A stretch of 20,000 nucleotides of DNA, taken from IMG/VR virus record IMGVR_UViG_2850639881_000002, one strand, 5' to 3'. Within the stretch, counting starts at the first letter, position 1. Each line of letters begins with the position of its first letter. The DNA is from an uncultured virus (IMG/VR IMGVR_UViG_2850639881_000002) (Duplodnaviria > Heunggongvirae > Uroviricota > Caudoviricetes). Made by a program: the position numbers and the translations under genes. The notes below the pieces were generated by a model. It saw nothing but the letters and a program-made list of their open reading frames with translations. It ran no database searches and was not told the origin of the DNA. This document shows, one piece after another, positions 7,518-15,977 of this stretch.

Positions 7518-10500
7518 ATGGCAGACGAGGAAATCGGCGGCATCAATCCCTTCACCGCGTTTCAGCAGCAGCAGGACGCCACGGTCGAGAACCTCGATCC
7601 GGGGCTCCTCGATCGCTTCTGGACAAACTTCGAAGCTGGCCAACGACACAACACCGTCCTCGGCGCCACCTACGACGCATCGACGCCCAGCCGCCAGGAA
7701 GAACGCAAGCGCTTCGACCGCTCCTATGAGACCTATCCGGAGTGGGACGGCCTCCTCGAGGGCGGCGCCGCGCTCTCCGGCCAGATCGCCGGCACGGCGG
7801 CAAGTCCGGAAAACTTCATTCCGATCGGCGTGGGTGAAAAGATCGTTGTCGGAGCAAAGTCGGCCGTCACTGGCATTTGGGCCCGGATTTTCTCCGGCGC
7901 CGTCGACGCCGCGGCCGCCAATGCCGTTTCTGACGCGGCCATTCAGGGGATCGAAATCCAGTCGGATTTCCGCGAGCAGTTTGACCCGGTCCAGTATGGC
8001 GCGGGCATCCTCCTCGGCGCGGGCATCGGCGGCGCCGCCGGCGGCGCTGGCAAGGTGATCGGTGATCGCACCGGTCGCGCTGCGACCATCGACGAGGCAG
8101 CTCCGAGCCAGGCGGCTGAGGCTCCGGCCGACAATCCCTTCTTGCCTCTTCAGCAGGCGCAACCCGCCAGCGGTTCTCCTGAACCCATAGCGCGGCCGGC
8201 CGCCGCCGAACCTGCGCCGGCGCCGGTCTCGCGTCCTGCCGCAATCGAGCCAGCGCAGTCCGCCGCGCCCGCCGATACGATCGGCGAGACGCTTTCGGCC
8301 AAAGCGTCAGAGGCTCGAGGACTTGCAGTGCCTGCCGACCAGGTCGATCGCGTTGCAAAGAGTGCCGTGGACGTCGGCAAGGCGCCGAGGCGGCCGCAGT
8401 CCCTGACTGACTTCCTCGCTGCAGAGGGCGGATTGCGGGACGACGGCGGCGAGCTCGCCGCGATGGGCGTTTCGCGGAAGTTCGTTCCCGGGCGCGGTGC
8501 ACTCGTGCGCGCCGGCGGCCAAGAGCTCGACAAGGCGAGAGAGGCTGCGGCGCAGGCCGGCTACTTCAACCACCTTTACGGATCCGCGGACGAGGCGACG
8601 GCGAAAAGCACGGTGCGCGACCTGCTCGACCTGGTCGACCAGGAGAACCGCGGCAAGCCGGCATTCAGCATGGCGGAGGCCGATCGCGTGGCCGCCGTGC
8701 AGGACTATGAAAACGCACTGACGGCGCGTGACGACTATCGATCCTTTGTCGACCGGATCGCCACGACCCTCAATGAGATGGACGCCGGCGTAACCCTTGA
8801 TGATGCTGTCCTTGCCCGTGCAACCGACATCATGATAAACGAGAAGTTAGACCCGCTCGACGCATTCGATCGGGCAATTCTCGAAGAAGAGGCACGCCTC
8901 GAGGCGGCAATAGCGGAACGTGGTGGCAGCGATGGCAGCAGCAAATCAGACGCAATCCCCTTCTTCGACGACGAGCCAGCCGGCGGATCTGCTCAAGCGG
9001 GCGGCCGCTTGGGAGGAGCGCAGCAAGGCGGCGGATCCGGAAGACGCCGCGCACATGCAGCGGACGGCGAACAATCTCCGGCTGCTGGCGGCTCTGCGCG
9101 AGCAGAAGACGGCGTAGTTTCCGGCGAGCGGGCGCTGATCGAGACCGCCCGGCAAGAAAAGCAAGCAGGCGATTTCCTGATGGCGCAGCCGCTCACCGGC
9201 TTGCGCGCACAACGCACGCGATCGGGCGCGATCGCCAAAGGCGCCGTTGAGCGCATTGCCAGGGTGAGCGAGACTGCCGAGGCTCTTGCCAAGGCGCTCG
9301 ACGTCGCGGCCACTCGACAGGGCCGGATCTCCGGCGGCAAGCGGGTGCGCGGTACCTTTGACACGCGCGACAGTGTGGTGCGCGTGCGATCGCTCGACGA
9401 TTTCGACGTGCTGACCCATGAATACGGCCATCACCTGGACGCGAAGATCCCGGCGGTGAAGGCCTTCATTAGCAAGCATTCTGCCGAGCTCTCGAAACTC
9501 GACTATGATCCTGTCGCCGGCCGCGACTATGAAGGCTTTGCCGAGTTCTTCCGGCTCTACCTCACCAATCGCGCCTATGTCGACGCGAACTACGCGCCGA
9601 TCGCCGCCGAGTTTCGCCAGGTGCTCGACCAGGTGCCGGAGATGCGCGACGCGATCGACGCGGCCACTCAAGCGTGGGACGCCTTCCTTTCGGCCCCTTC
9701 GTCCGTGGCGGTGCGATCGACCATCGTTTCCGCGAAAAAGGAAGGATGGGTAGCCTCCGCCGCAAAGGAGCTCAAGAAATCGGGGCTCGGCGGCACGATC
9801 GCCGACGTCCTGCAGCGGATCTACACTTTCGCCTTCGATGACCTCAATCCGATCAACCGGGCCGTCTCCTATCTGCAGGATCTCCATCTCGAGAACAAAG
9901 GAAAGCCGCTCGATCTGAAGGTCACGGCGGATCCGTACAAGCTTGCCCGCATGTCCCGGGGTGCCTATGCGGCCGGGCACATGGATGTGATGTACGGCGT
10001 CGCGCCCTACCGCGGCATTCATCCGGCAAGCCCGTCGCTGCGCGATGCGATCATCGAGGCGACCGGCAAGCCCAACGCAATGTCCGGCTGGGATGAGGAG
10101 AAGGTCGCGGAGTTCGGCTCCTATCTCTGGTCCAGGCGCGCGATCGGCGAGTGGGAGCGATATCGCAAGGGCGAAATTCCGAACCCTCCAGACAAGCTCA
10201 CCGAGGCGGATCACGTCCAGAACGTTGCCGACCTCGAGGCGGCAAACCCTGCTTTCGTCTCGGCCGCGGCGAAGGTGCACGAGTTCTCTCGAGCGCTTTG
10301 GCGGAAGAAGCTCGAGGCAGGCCTGATCGACCAGACGACCCACGACGAGGGCCTGTTGATGCGCGACTATGTGCCGGGCCTGCGCGATTTCTCGTCAGAT
10401 ACCGACACGAAGGTGCCGGCGGGACGGTCGAAGGGGAAGACGGCAAAGGGCGGTTTCGCTCGCCGTTTCAAGGGCTCGAAGCGCGATGTCATCAATCCGC

Positions 10501-12824
10501 TCGAGAGCTTGGCGGCCGACGCCTATGAGACCGCCATGGCGATCGCGCGCAATGACGTTGTCAAAGCGCTGCACCGCCTGGCAGTCAATGCCGGAGAAGG
10601 CGCCGGCAGGATCGCCGAGATCATTCCGGCGAAAGAGCTGCGCGCCTCGATGATCGACCCGCTCGAAGCGATCGAGAACGCGGCCAAGGCCGCCGGCCTC
10701 TCCAAGCCCGATATCGTCGTATTGCGCGACGCGGTCGAAAGTGCTGTCGGTTCGGAAAAGGCCGCCGTCTTCCGTCCGGCGATCATCAACGAAAAGGGCG
10801 AGCCGATCGCCTTTTTCCGCGACGGCGGTCAGCTGAAGGCGCTGCGCCTGGCGGACGGTCAATTCGGTCTCGACATGTATCGGACCCTCGTTGCGATGAG
10901 CCAGCACGAGAAAAACTTCTGGCTCGAACTCGTCGCAATCCCCGCGCGGGTCCTGCGTGCCGGCATTACGACGTCGCTTGAATTCATTGGTGCGAACTTC
11001 GTCCGCGACCAGGCAATGGCCTCCGTCTACTACGGTAAGCCGCTGCAGCGGATCGCCAGCACTTTCCGCGGCGGCTTCGACGAGGTGACCGGAAAGGAAA
11101 TCGCGCGCTCCTATTCGCGCGTCTACGGGATCTCCGGCGGCAGCGAGACGGCCTCGCTGTCGAAGGCGATGGCGAAGCGGGACATTTCCGCGCTCAAACG
11201 CAAGGGCTGGATCGCGCAACGCTTCACCTCCTTCCGCGGCGTGCTCGAGGCAGTCGAGATCTCCGAGACCGCGACCCGCCTCGGCCTGTTCCGGACGTTC
11301 CAGCAGGAAGCCAAGGCGCGCGGTCTCAGCGAGCATGAGGCGCTGTTCGAGGCGGCCTACCGCGCGCGCGACTATCTCGATTTCGATCGACGCGGATCCG
11401 GCATGGCGGCGCTGGCGCGCGTCATCCCCTTCCTCAATGTCGCGCTGCAGGGCCTCGACAAGGCTGGCCGGCACATGATTATGCCCGTCGCGCGCAAGGT
11501 GCTCGGCCAAGCCACCTCCACCGAAGACGCCAGGGCGGCCGCGCTCGCGGCCAAGACGTGGGCGCGCCTGGCTGTGCTCGTGACCGGCTCCGTTTCCCTT
11601 TACGCTCTGATGAGCCGGCACGAGGACCATGACGAGATCTCGGAAACGACCAGGTCGACGCATTGGATGGTGAAGACTGGCGATCGGTGGACGGCCATTC
11701 CTAAGCCGTTCGAATTCGCCGTCGCCATCAATCTCGGCGAAGCAATGTTCGACACCATGGTGCGCAAGGATCCGTCGGCGGCCGGGCGCTGGTGGGACAG
11801 CCTGTCGACGACGCTCACGCCGCCGTCTCTCCTTGAGGGCAACCCAGCGATCAAGAGCTATTTCGAGCTCAAGTCGAACAAGAACTTTTTCACCGACGCG
11901 CCGATCGTGCCGGAGCATCTGCGCGGGATGGAGCCGTTCCTGCAGTACACCGAACGGACTTCCGCCTTCTCCAAGCAGCTCGGCGATATCTTCAACGTCT
12001 CGCCAGCCGTCAGCGATCACCTGATCACTTCCTTCGGCGGCAGCTGGGGCCGCAATCTTCTGTCGCTCTACGACCTGGCGCAGCCCGACGCGCCGGCGGC
12101 CGGCTGGGACGATGTGCCCTTTGCCCGCCGCTTCATCAAGGATGCCGCGAAAGGCGCGCAGTCGACGACGATGTTTTGGGAGCTCGCCGGCGCCCAGGAA
12201 GGAAAGCTCGAGGGCAAGGCCTTGAGCTGGCGCGAGCTCGCCGAGGCTGGCGACGCCGCAGGTGCTGCCGACTTCTTCGCGGGTCTCCACCAGGTCGAGA
12301 AGGCCTATGTCGCAGTTTCCACTCACGAGGCGAAGGTGAAGCGTCTTCATCCGATCATCCGCGCCCGCGGCGCCATCCAGGCGATCGGCGCCATGCGCCG
12401 CGAGCTCGCGGCCAATGACGTCCGCGACGCAGACGGTGAAGCGGTCTCGGTGAGCTCGGCCGAGCGCGGCGCCGCCGACGATATCCTTTCTGACCTTTCT
12501 ATGGTTGTCGCTCGCAACGCGCTGCGAGAGGCCGGTGTTTCCGGATGGGCCCAGCGATCGGAGATCGACGAGACAGGGTACTACCGCGAGCTCGAGGCAC
12601 TGAACCCCGCCCTTATCGATCGACTTGGCAGCGGCTATGCCGGCAAGAAGGTATGGAACTGGGAAGCGGTCAAATCCGCCTGGCCGGATCTGCGCGATCG
12701 TCTCCTCGAGGAGGGAAGCAACGCGACCGTCGACGACCTGGTCGCAGACGTCGAGAGCCAGGGGTTCGCGGTCGACGGCGTGAAGGCAAAGCGGCGGGAA
12801 AAGCCGGAGCTCATCCCCGGTTGA
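7518..12824 (+). CDS. Large polyvalent/ejection protein with zincin-like HExxH module and LPD38-like C-terminal region
   Basis: 1768 aa. THEYGHHLD (HEYGH 9417-9431) with downstream EGFAEFF. DF.R.G....L...IPFLN..LQG, IPKPFE (11697-11714) and PIVP..L...P..QY patterns resemble LPD38-containing phage proteins. Position before the tail fibre fits. Confidence 0.8.
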   Translation: MADEEIGGINPFTAFQQQQDATVENLDPGLLDRFWTNFEAGQRHNTVLGATYDASTPSRQEERKRFDRSYETYPEWDGLLEGGAALSGQIAGTAASPENFIPIGVGEKIVVGAKSAVTGIWARIFSGAVDAAAANAVSDAAIQGIEIQSDFREQFDPVQYGAGILLGAGIGGAAGGAGKVIGDRTGRAATIDEAAPSQAAEAPADNPFLPLQQAQPASGSPEPIARPAAAEPAPAPVSRPAAIEPAQSAAPADTIGETLSAKASEARGLAVPADQVDRVAKSAVDVGKAPRRPQSLTDFLAAEGGLRDDGGELAAMGVSRKFVPGRGALVRAGGQELDKAREAAAQAGYFNHLYGSADEATAKSTVRDLLDLVDQENRGKPAFSMAEADRVAAVQDYENALTARDDYRSFVDRIATTLNEMDAGVTLDDAVLARATDIMINEKLDPLDAFDRAILEEEARLEAAIAERGGSDGSSKSDAIPFFDDEPAGGSAQAGGRLGGAQQGGGSGRRRAHAADGEQSPAAGGSARAEDGVVSGERALIETARQEKQAGDFLMAQPLTGLRAQRTRSGAIAKGAVERIARVSETAEALAKALDVAATRQGRISGGKRVRGTFDTRDSVVRVRSLDDFDVLTHEYGHHLDAKIPAVKAFISKHSAELSKLDYDPVAGRDYEGFAEFFRLYLTNRAYVDANYAPIAAEFRQVLDQVPEMRDAIDAATQAWDAFLSAPSSVAVRSTIVSAKKEGWVASAAKELKKSGLGGTIADVLQRIYTFAFDDLNPINRAVSYLQDLHLENKGKPLDLKVTADPYKLARMSRGAYAAGHMDVMYGVAPYRGIHPASPSLRDAIIEATGKPNAMSGWDEEKVAEFGSYLWSRRAIGEWERYRKGEIPNPPDKLTEADHVQNVADLEAANPAFVSAAAKVHEFSRALWRKKLEAGLIDQTTHDEGLLMRDYVPGLRDFSSDTDTKVPAGRSKGKTAKGGFARRFKGSKRDVINPLESLAADAYETAMAIARNDVVKALHRLAVNAGEGAGRIAEIIPAKELRASMIDPLEAIENAAKAAGLSKPDIVVLRDAVESAVGSEKAAVFRPAIINEKGEPIAFFRDGGQLKALRLADGQFGLDMYRTLVAMSQHEKNFWLELVAIPARVLRAGITTSLEFIGANFVRDQAMASVYYGKPLQRIASTFRGGFDEVTGKEIARSYSRVYGISGGSETASLSKAMAKRDISALKRKGWIAQRFTSFRGVLEAVEISETATRLGLFRTFQQEAKARGLSEHEALFEAAYRARDYLDFDRRGSGMAALARVIPFLNVALQGLDKAGRHMIMPVARKVLGQATSTEDARAAALAAKTWARLAVLVTGSVSLYALMSRHEDHDEISETTRSTHWMVKTGDRWTAIPKPFEFAVAINLGEAMFDTMVRKDPSAAGRWWDSLSTTLTPPSLLEGNPAIKSYFELKSNKNFFTDAPIVPEHLRGMEPFLQYTERTSAFSKQLGDIFNVSPAVSDHLITSFGGSWGRNLLSLYDLAQPDAPAAGWDDVPFARRFIKDAAKGAQSTTMFWELAGAQEGKLEGKALSWRELAEAGDAAGAADFFAGLHQVEKAYVAVSTHEAKVKRLHPIIRARGAIQAIGAMRRELAANDVRDADGEAVSVSSAERGAADDILSDLSMVVARNALREAGVSGWAQRSEIDETGYYRELEALNPALIDRLGSGYAGKKVWNWEAVKSAWPDLRDRLLEEGSNATVDDLVADVESQGFAVDGVKAKRREKPELIPG
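8932..9117 (+). CDS. Putative overprinted small helical protein (61 aa) in +1 frame inside the polyvalent gene
   Basis: GGTGG 5 nt before ATG 8932. 38 of the last 44 sense codons end in G/C, while the main frame drops to about half and becomes Gly/Ala/Arg low-complexity. Confidence 0.6.
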   Translation: MAAANQTQSPSSTTSQPADLLKRAAAWEERSKAADPEDAAHMQRTANNLRLLAALREQKTA

Positions 12825-12847
12825 CCTTACTCCCCTCATGAAAAACT
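12821..12847 (+). promoter_or_regulatory. Putative late promoter 3 (tailspike gene)
   Basis: TTGACC (12821-12826, contains the upstream TGA stop), 15-nt spacer, AAAACT (12842-12847). Confidence 0.6.
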
Positions 12848-12871
12848 GCCCTCGTCACAAGAGGGACTTTC

Positions 12872-15043
12872 ATGAGCGTCGTTCTACCCATCAACGAAGA
12901 TGACCGTTTCCGCATTCTCACTGCATCAGCCGGGCAGACCCTTCTGGCGATCACGTTCCCCTGGCAGGATGACAATGACATTGTGCTGTTCAAGAAGGTC
13001 ATCGGTGAGTGGGTGGAGCTCTCTCGCCCTGAAGACTACACCCTTTCTGGGGCTGGAGCGTCGGGTGGCGGAAGCGCAACGCTGACGACGCCGGCGATCG
13101 CCGGCGAGGAGTATCTGGCCCTCGGGTCCGCGGTGCTCGATCGCCTCTCGTCGATTGTCCGCGACGGCCGCTTCAATTCGAAGACCGTCGACGACGAGCT
13201 CGATCGCAACCGCATCATCCAGCAAGAGCAGGCCCGCGATCTCAAGCGGGCCTATCTCGCTCCTGTCGGTTCCACTGGTGGCGAGGTCCTGGCTTCCGAG
13301 CCTGGGCAGTTCCTGATCCGTGATCAGGACGGCAACATCGTTGGCAGCGATCCGCCCGATGGCGCCGGAAACATGAATACCGGCATCTATGATCCGCAAA
13401 GCGTGGGTGGCGATGTCTTCGATCAGATGAACTGGGGGCACTTCCCGAACATTGCCACCTTTATGGCGTTCGCACCGGCCGGCTTTGTCTCGTTTGCAAC
13501 CGTCTACGGCTACTATCTTCCTGGCGACTGCCCCCTGATGACATTCCGTCGCGTCGCCTCGCAGCCGAACCACAACGGCAAGATACAGACTGCCAACGGC
13601 GCTTGGTGGGAACTGAAGGTTTCCAAGGCCGATATCCGCATGTTCGGCGCGAAGGGTGACTATGTCACTGACGATCTAGCCGCAAGCGTGTCTTGGCTCG
13701 CCTTCTATGAAATGACGGGCACGCCACTCACCATGTCGCGCGGTATCTACAAGTGCACGAACAATCTTGTTCTTCCGAAGCGGGTCATCATCCATGGCGA
13801 TGGTGCCCCGAGCATGGCATCGTTCCCGCAATTCGACGAAGGCGACAAGTCGAATATGCGGCCAGGGTACAAGGCCAACATCAAAGGCGCGGCGTTCATC
13901 TTCAGCGGCGCTCCAACGAACGCCTACACAACGACCCGCGGCGACAAATTCGCTTCGACGAAGCCGTGCCTGCTCTACGATCATTTCGCACCTCCGGAAT
14001 TGACCGGCTTCGGCATCCTCCAGGATATGGACATCTTCGACGCCGCCGGGAACCTGACGACCGGAGCAACCGACAATAAGGCCGCGCTCTATACTGGCGG
14101 CCTGCTTTCCCGCGCTACGCTCTCCCGTTTCCGCGAGCTGACCATTTTCGGATACTTCGCGAACCAGGGCGCCATCGCCGTCAACAAGCTCGGCGATCTT
14201 CCGGCGGGGGCGAACGACCCCGATTATCAATCGTTCAATGGCTGCTCTATTACTGGCGGCGTTGCGGTCATCGGCGGCGACACCGCTACGCCTCTTAGCG
14301 AAGGTAATACCGGAACCCGCTTCACGGATTGCTGGATCTATGGGCCGGACCATCACACGCGCGCCGATACAAATCCGGCCATTCCTTGCGTCTATATCGA
14401 CATGGCGCTGACGACGACGCAGCAGGGCCGCGGCGTTCACTTCTCGAACTGCAATCTGCGCACCGTCGTCAACGATGCGATCAAGCTCGACCATGCAAAT
14501 GACTGGTCTTTCTCGAACTGCGCGACCGAATTTTCGGAAGTTGTCGGCGTCACAGGCCTCGATCAGCGAGGCGAAATCAAGGGAACCGCCAACACGCAGG
14601 GCGGCTCCATCATCAACGTCGCGGCTACCGGCCACCTCGGCTTGCGCGCTCTGAAAAACCAGATCGAAACGAACGGCTTCAATCTGAATGTTATCGGCAC
14701 GGCAAACGCCAGCTTGGCATCGATGCTCAAGGTCGAAGCGGTGACTTATAAGGGCGGCGGCACTATTGCCGTTGCATCGAGCACGATCGTCCCGACGACG
14801 AGCTATCATGTTATCGACGCGACCGGGAACCCTACGATCACGACGATCGACCTGACGAACATTGCCGAAGGCCAGATAATGGAATTCCGCAAGACCAACA
14901 CGGGCACCGTCACTTTCCAAGAAAGCGGCGGCAACTTGGCGATGAACGCCGCAACGGCGGCCCTTGGTGCTCAGGCGGACGTCATCTTCTTCCAGCGGGT
15001 CGGATCAAACGCTTACCAGCACTACTTCTCCGACAACGCATAG
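12872..15043 (+). CDS. Tail fibre/tailspike with T7-type N-terminal anchor and pectate-lyase-like beta-helix (putative polysaccharide depolymerase)
   Basis: 723 aa. N-terminal GQT...ITFP...DYTLSG.G...GG..TL anchor, GYY.PGD and MFGAKGDYVTDD motifs that open tailspike beta-helices, repeated F.(N/D)C strands. Confidence 0.8.
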   Translation: MSVVLPINEDDRFRILTASAGQTLLAITFPWQDDNDIVLFKKVIGEWVELSRPEDYTLSGAGASGGGSATLTTPAIAGEEYLALGSAVLDRLSSIVRDGRFNSKTVDDELDRNRIIQQEQARDLKRAYLAPVGSTGGEVLASEPGQFLIRDQDGNIVGSDPPDGAGNMNTGIYDPQSVGGDVFDQMNWGHFPNIATFMAFAPAGFVSFATVYGYYLPGDCPLMTFRRVASQPNHNGKIQTANGAWWELKVSKADIRMFGAKGDYVTDDLAASVSWLAFYEMTGTPLTMSRGIYKCTNNLVLPKRVIIHGDGAPSMASFPQFDEGDKSNMRPGYKANIKGAAFIFSGAPTNAYTTTRGDKFASTKPCLLYDHFAPPELTGFGILQDMDIFDAAGNLTTGATDNKAALYTGGLLSRATLSRFRELTIFGYFANQGAIAVNKLGDLPAGANDPDYQSFNGCSITGGVAVIGGDTATPLSEGNTGTRFTDCWIYGPDHHTRADTNPAIPCVYIDMALTTTQQGRGVHFSNCNLRTVVNDAIKLDHANDWSFSNCATEFSEVVGVTGLDQRGEIKGTANTQGGSIINVAATGHLGLRALKNQIETNGFNLNVIGTANASLASMLKVEAVTYKGGGTIAVASSTIVPTTSYHVIDATGNPTITTIDLTNIAEGQIMEFRKTNTGTVTFQESGGNLAMNAATAALGAQADVIFFQRVGSNAYQHYFSDNA

Positions 15044-15048
15044 CGCGC

Positions 15049-15288
15049 TCACTCGCTGTAGTAACCGTCGCCTGGGGCGGCGGTCTCGACCTCGTCAGCC
15101 TCGTGATCGACATAGGGCTCTCGAAGAGCCGAAAGAAAATCTGCGAGGTCGGCCTCGCGCCGGCGCGCTATTCCGAAGTATTTGGAAAATGCGTCGACGA
15201 GTTCTTCGACTGGTCTAGCATCCACAACAAGGGCGGCGAGGTCACCGCCCGACAGCAGCTCGCGGGTTCCAATTTGGTTCTCGGTCAT
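15049..15288 (-). CDS. Small acidic hypothetical protein (79 aa), third gene of the minus-strand cassette
   Basis: GAGGA RBS overlapping the methyltransferase stop, ATG at 15288 (MTENQIG...), stop 5 nt from the convergent tailspike stop. Confidence 0.55.
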   Translation of the reverse strand: MTENQIGTRELLSGGDLAALVVDARPVEELVDAFSKYFGIARRREADLADFLSALREPYVDHEADEVETAAPGDGYYSE

Positions 15289-15296
15289 CAAAGTCC

Positions 15297-15977
15297 TCAC
15301 TTAATGTTCGTTATCACGCATACGAGCTGGCTCGCCCGGTTCCTTCGACAGTCGATCCGGGCCAACCTAGCGCCTGGACAGTAGCGCCAGAATAGGGCCA
15401 GCCAAGCAGAAGGCGGCATCACGGTCAGGTGACTGTGTCCATCATCGTAGCAGGCTATGACATGGTACTGCAGGGGTGAAGAGGAAACACATTTGGCGAC
15501 AACCTTGGCGAGGTCCGAAGGCGCGAAATGCTCAAGAACGTCGGCGGAGCAAGTGATGTCCCCGCCCGGGATTTTGTCCTTCGTCACGTCGGCTCGCCGG
15601 AAGAACACGTTCTTGGGCCGGTCTACGAACTGAGGCGACAAAGCCCAATCCACTGCATAGACCTTGCGAACGCTGCCAGCGATCTCCTTTGAAAAGGCGC
15701 CATTGCCGCAACCGATCTCGACTACGATCCTCGCATTCGACGCTAAGATCGTTTGCTTCTCCGCCAGCAGCCAGTTGTTTTCCTGATAGCCAGCGTCCTC
15801 TTCGTGAAGGTGCTGGTAGTACGATGCATCGATTGTGGAAGAGCGCTGACGTGGGAGCACTACGGTCTTTGCGACCAGGCTGGTAAGAGGATCTTCGATC
15901 CTCCAACCTGTTTTCATCAACAGTTCTGCTTGCCGAGTCTCTGCCGCGACGAGTGCTTCCTCAACCGCCGACAGCAT
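15297..15977 (-). CDS. Class I SAM-dependent methyltransferase
   Basis: VVEIGCGNG (motif I), VYAVD, ADV, D.....DVLEHF. Start uncertain (15977 overlapping the upstream gene, or 15917). Confidence 0.85.
   Translation of the reverse strand: MLSAVEEALVAAETRQAELLMKTGWRIEDPLTSLVAKTVVLPRQRSSTIDASYYQHLHEEDAGYQENNWLLAEKQTILASNARIVVEIGCGNGAFSKEIAGSVRKVYAVDWALSPQFVDRPKNVFFRRADVTKDKIPGGDITCSADVLEHFAPSDLAKVVAKCVSSSPLQYHVIACYDDGHSHLTVMPPSAWLALFWRYCPGARLARIDCRRNRASQLVCVITNIK

Noticed and set aside
8946..12839. Long minus-strand ORFs (465 aa, 814 aa) and similar ones at 5778-7004 and 13676-14920
   Set aside because: Antisense shadows of high-GC3 genes, with no recognisable motifs or RBS.
14000..14026. Internal TTGACC-N15-CAGGAT in the tailspike gene; also TTGACC at 6885 and 7981
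   Set aside because: All are intragenic and lack the conserved T after TTGACC. The 6885 and 7981 copies have no properly spaced -10. The 14000 copy cannot be fully excluded.
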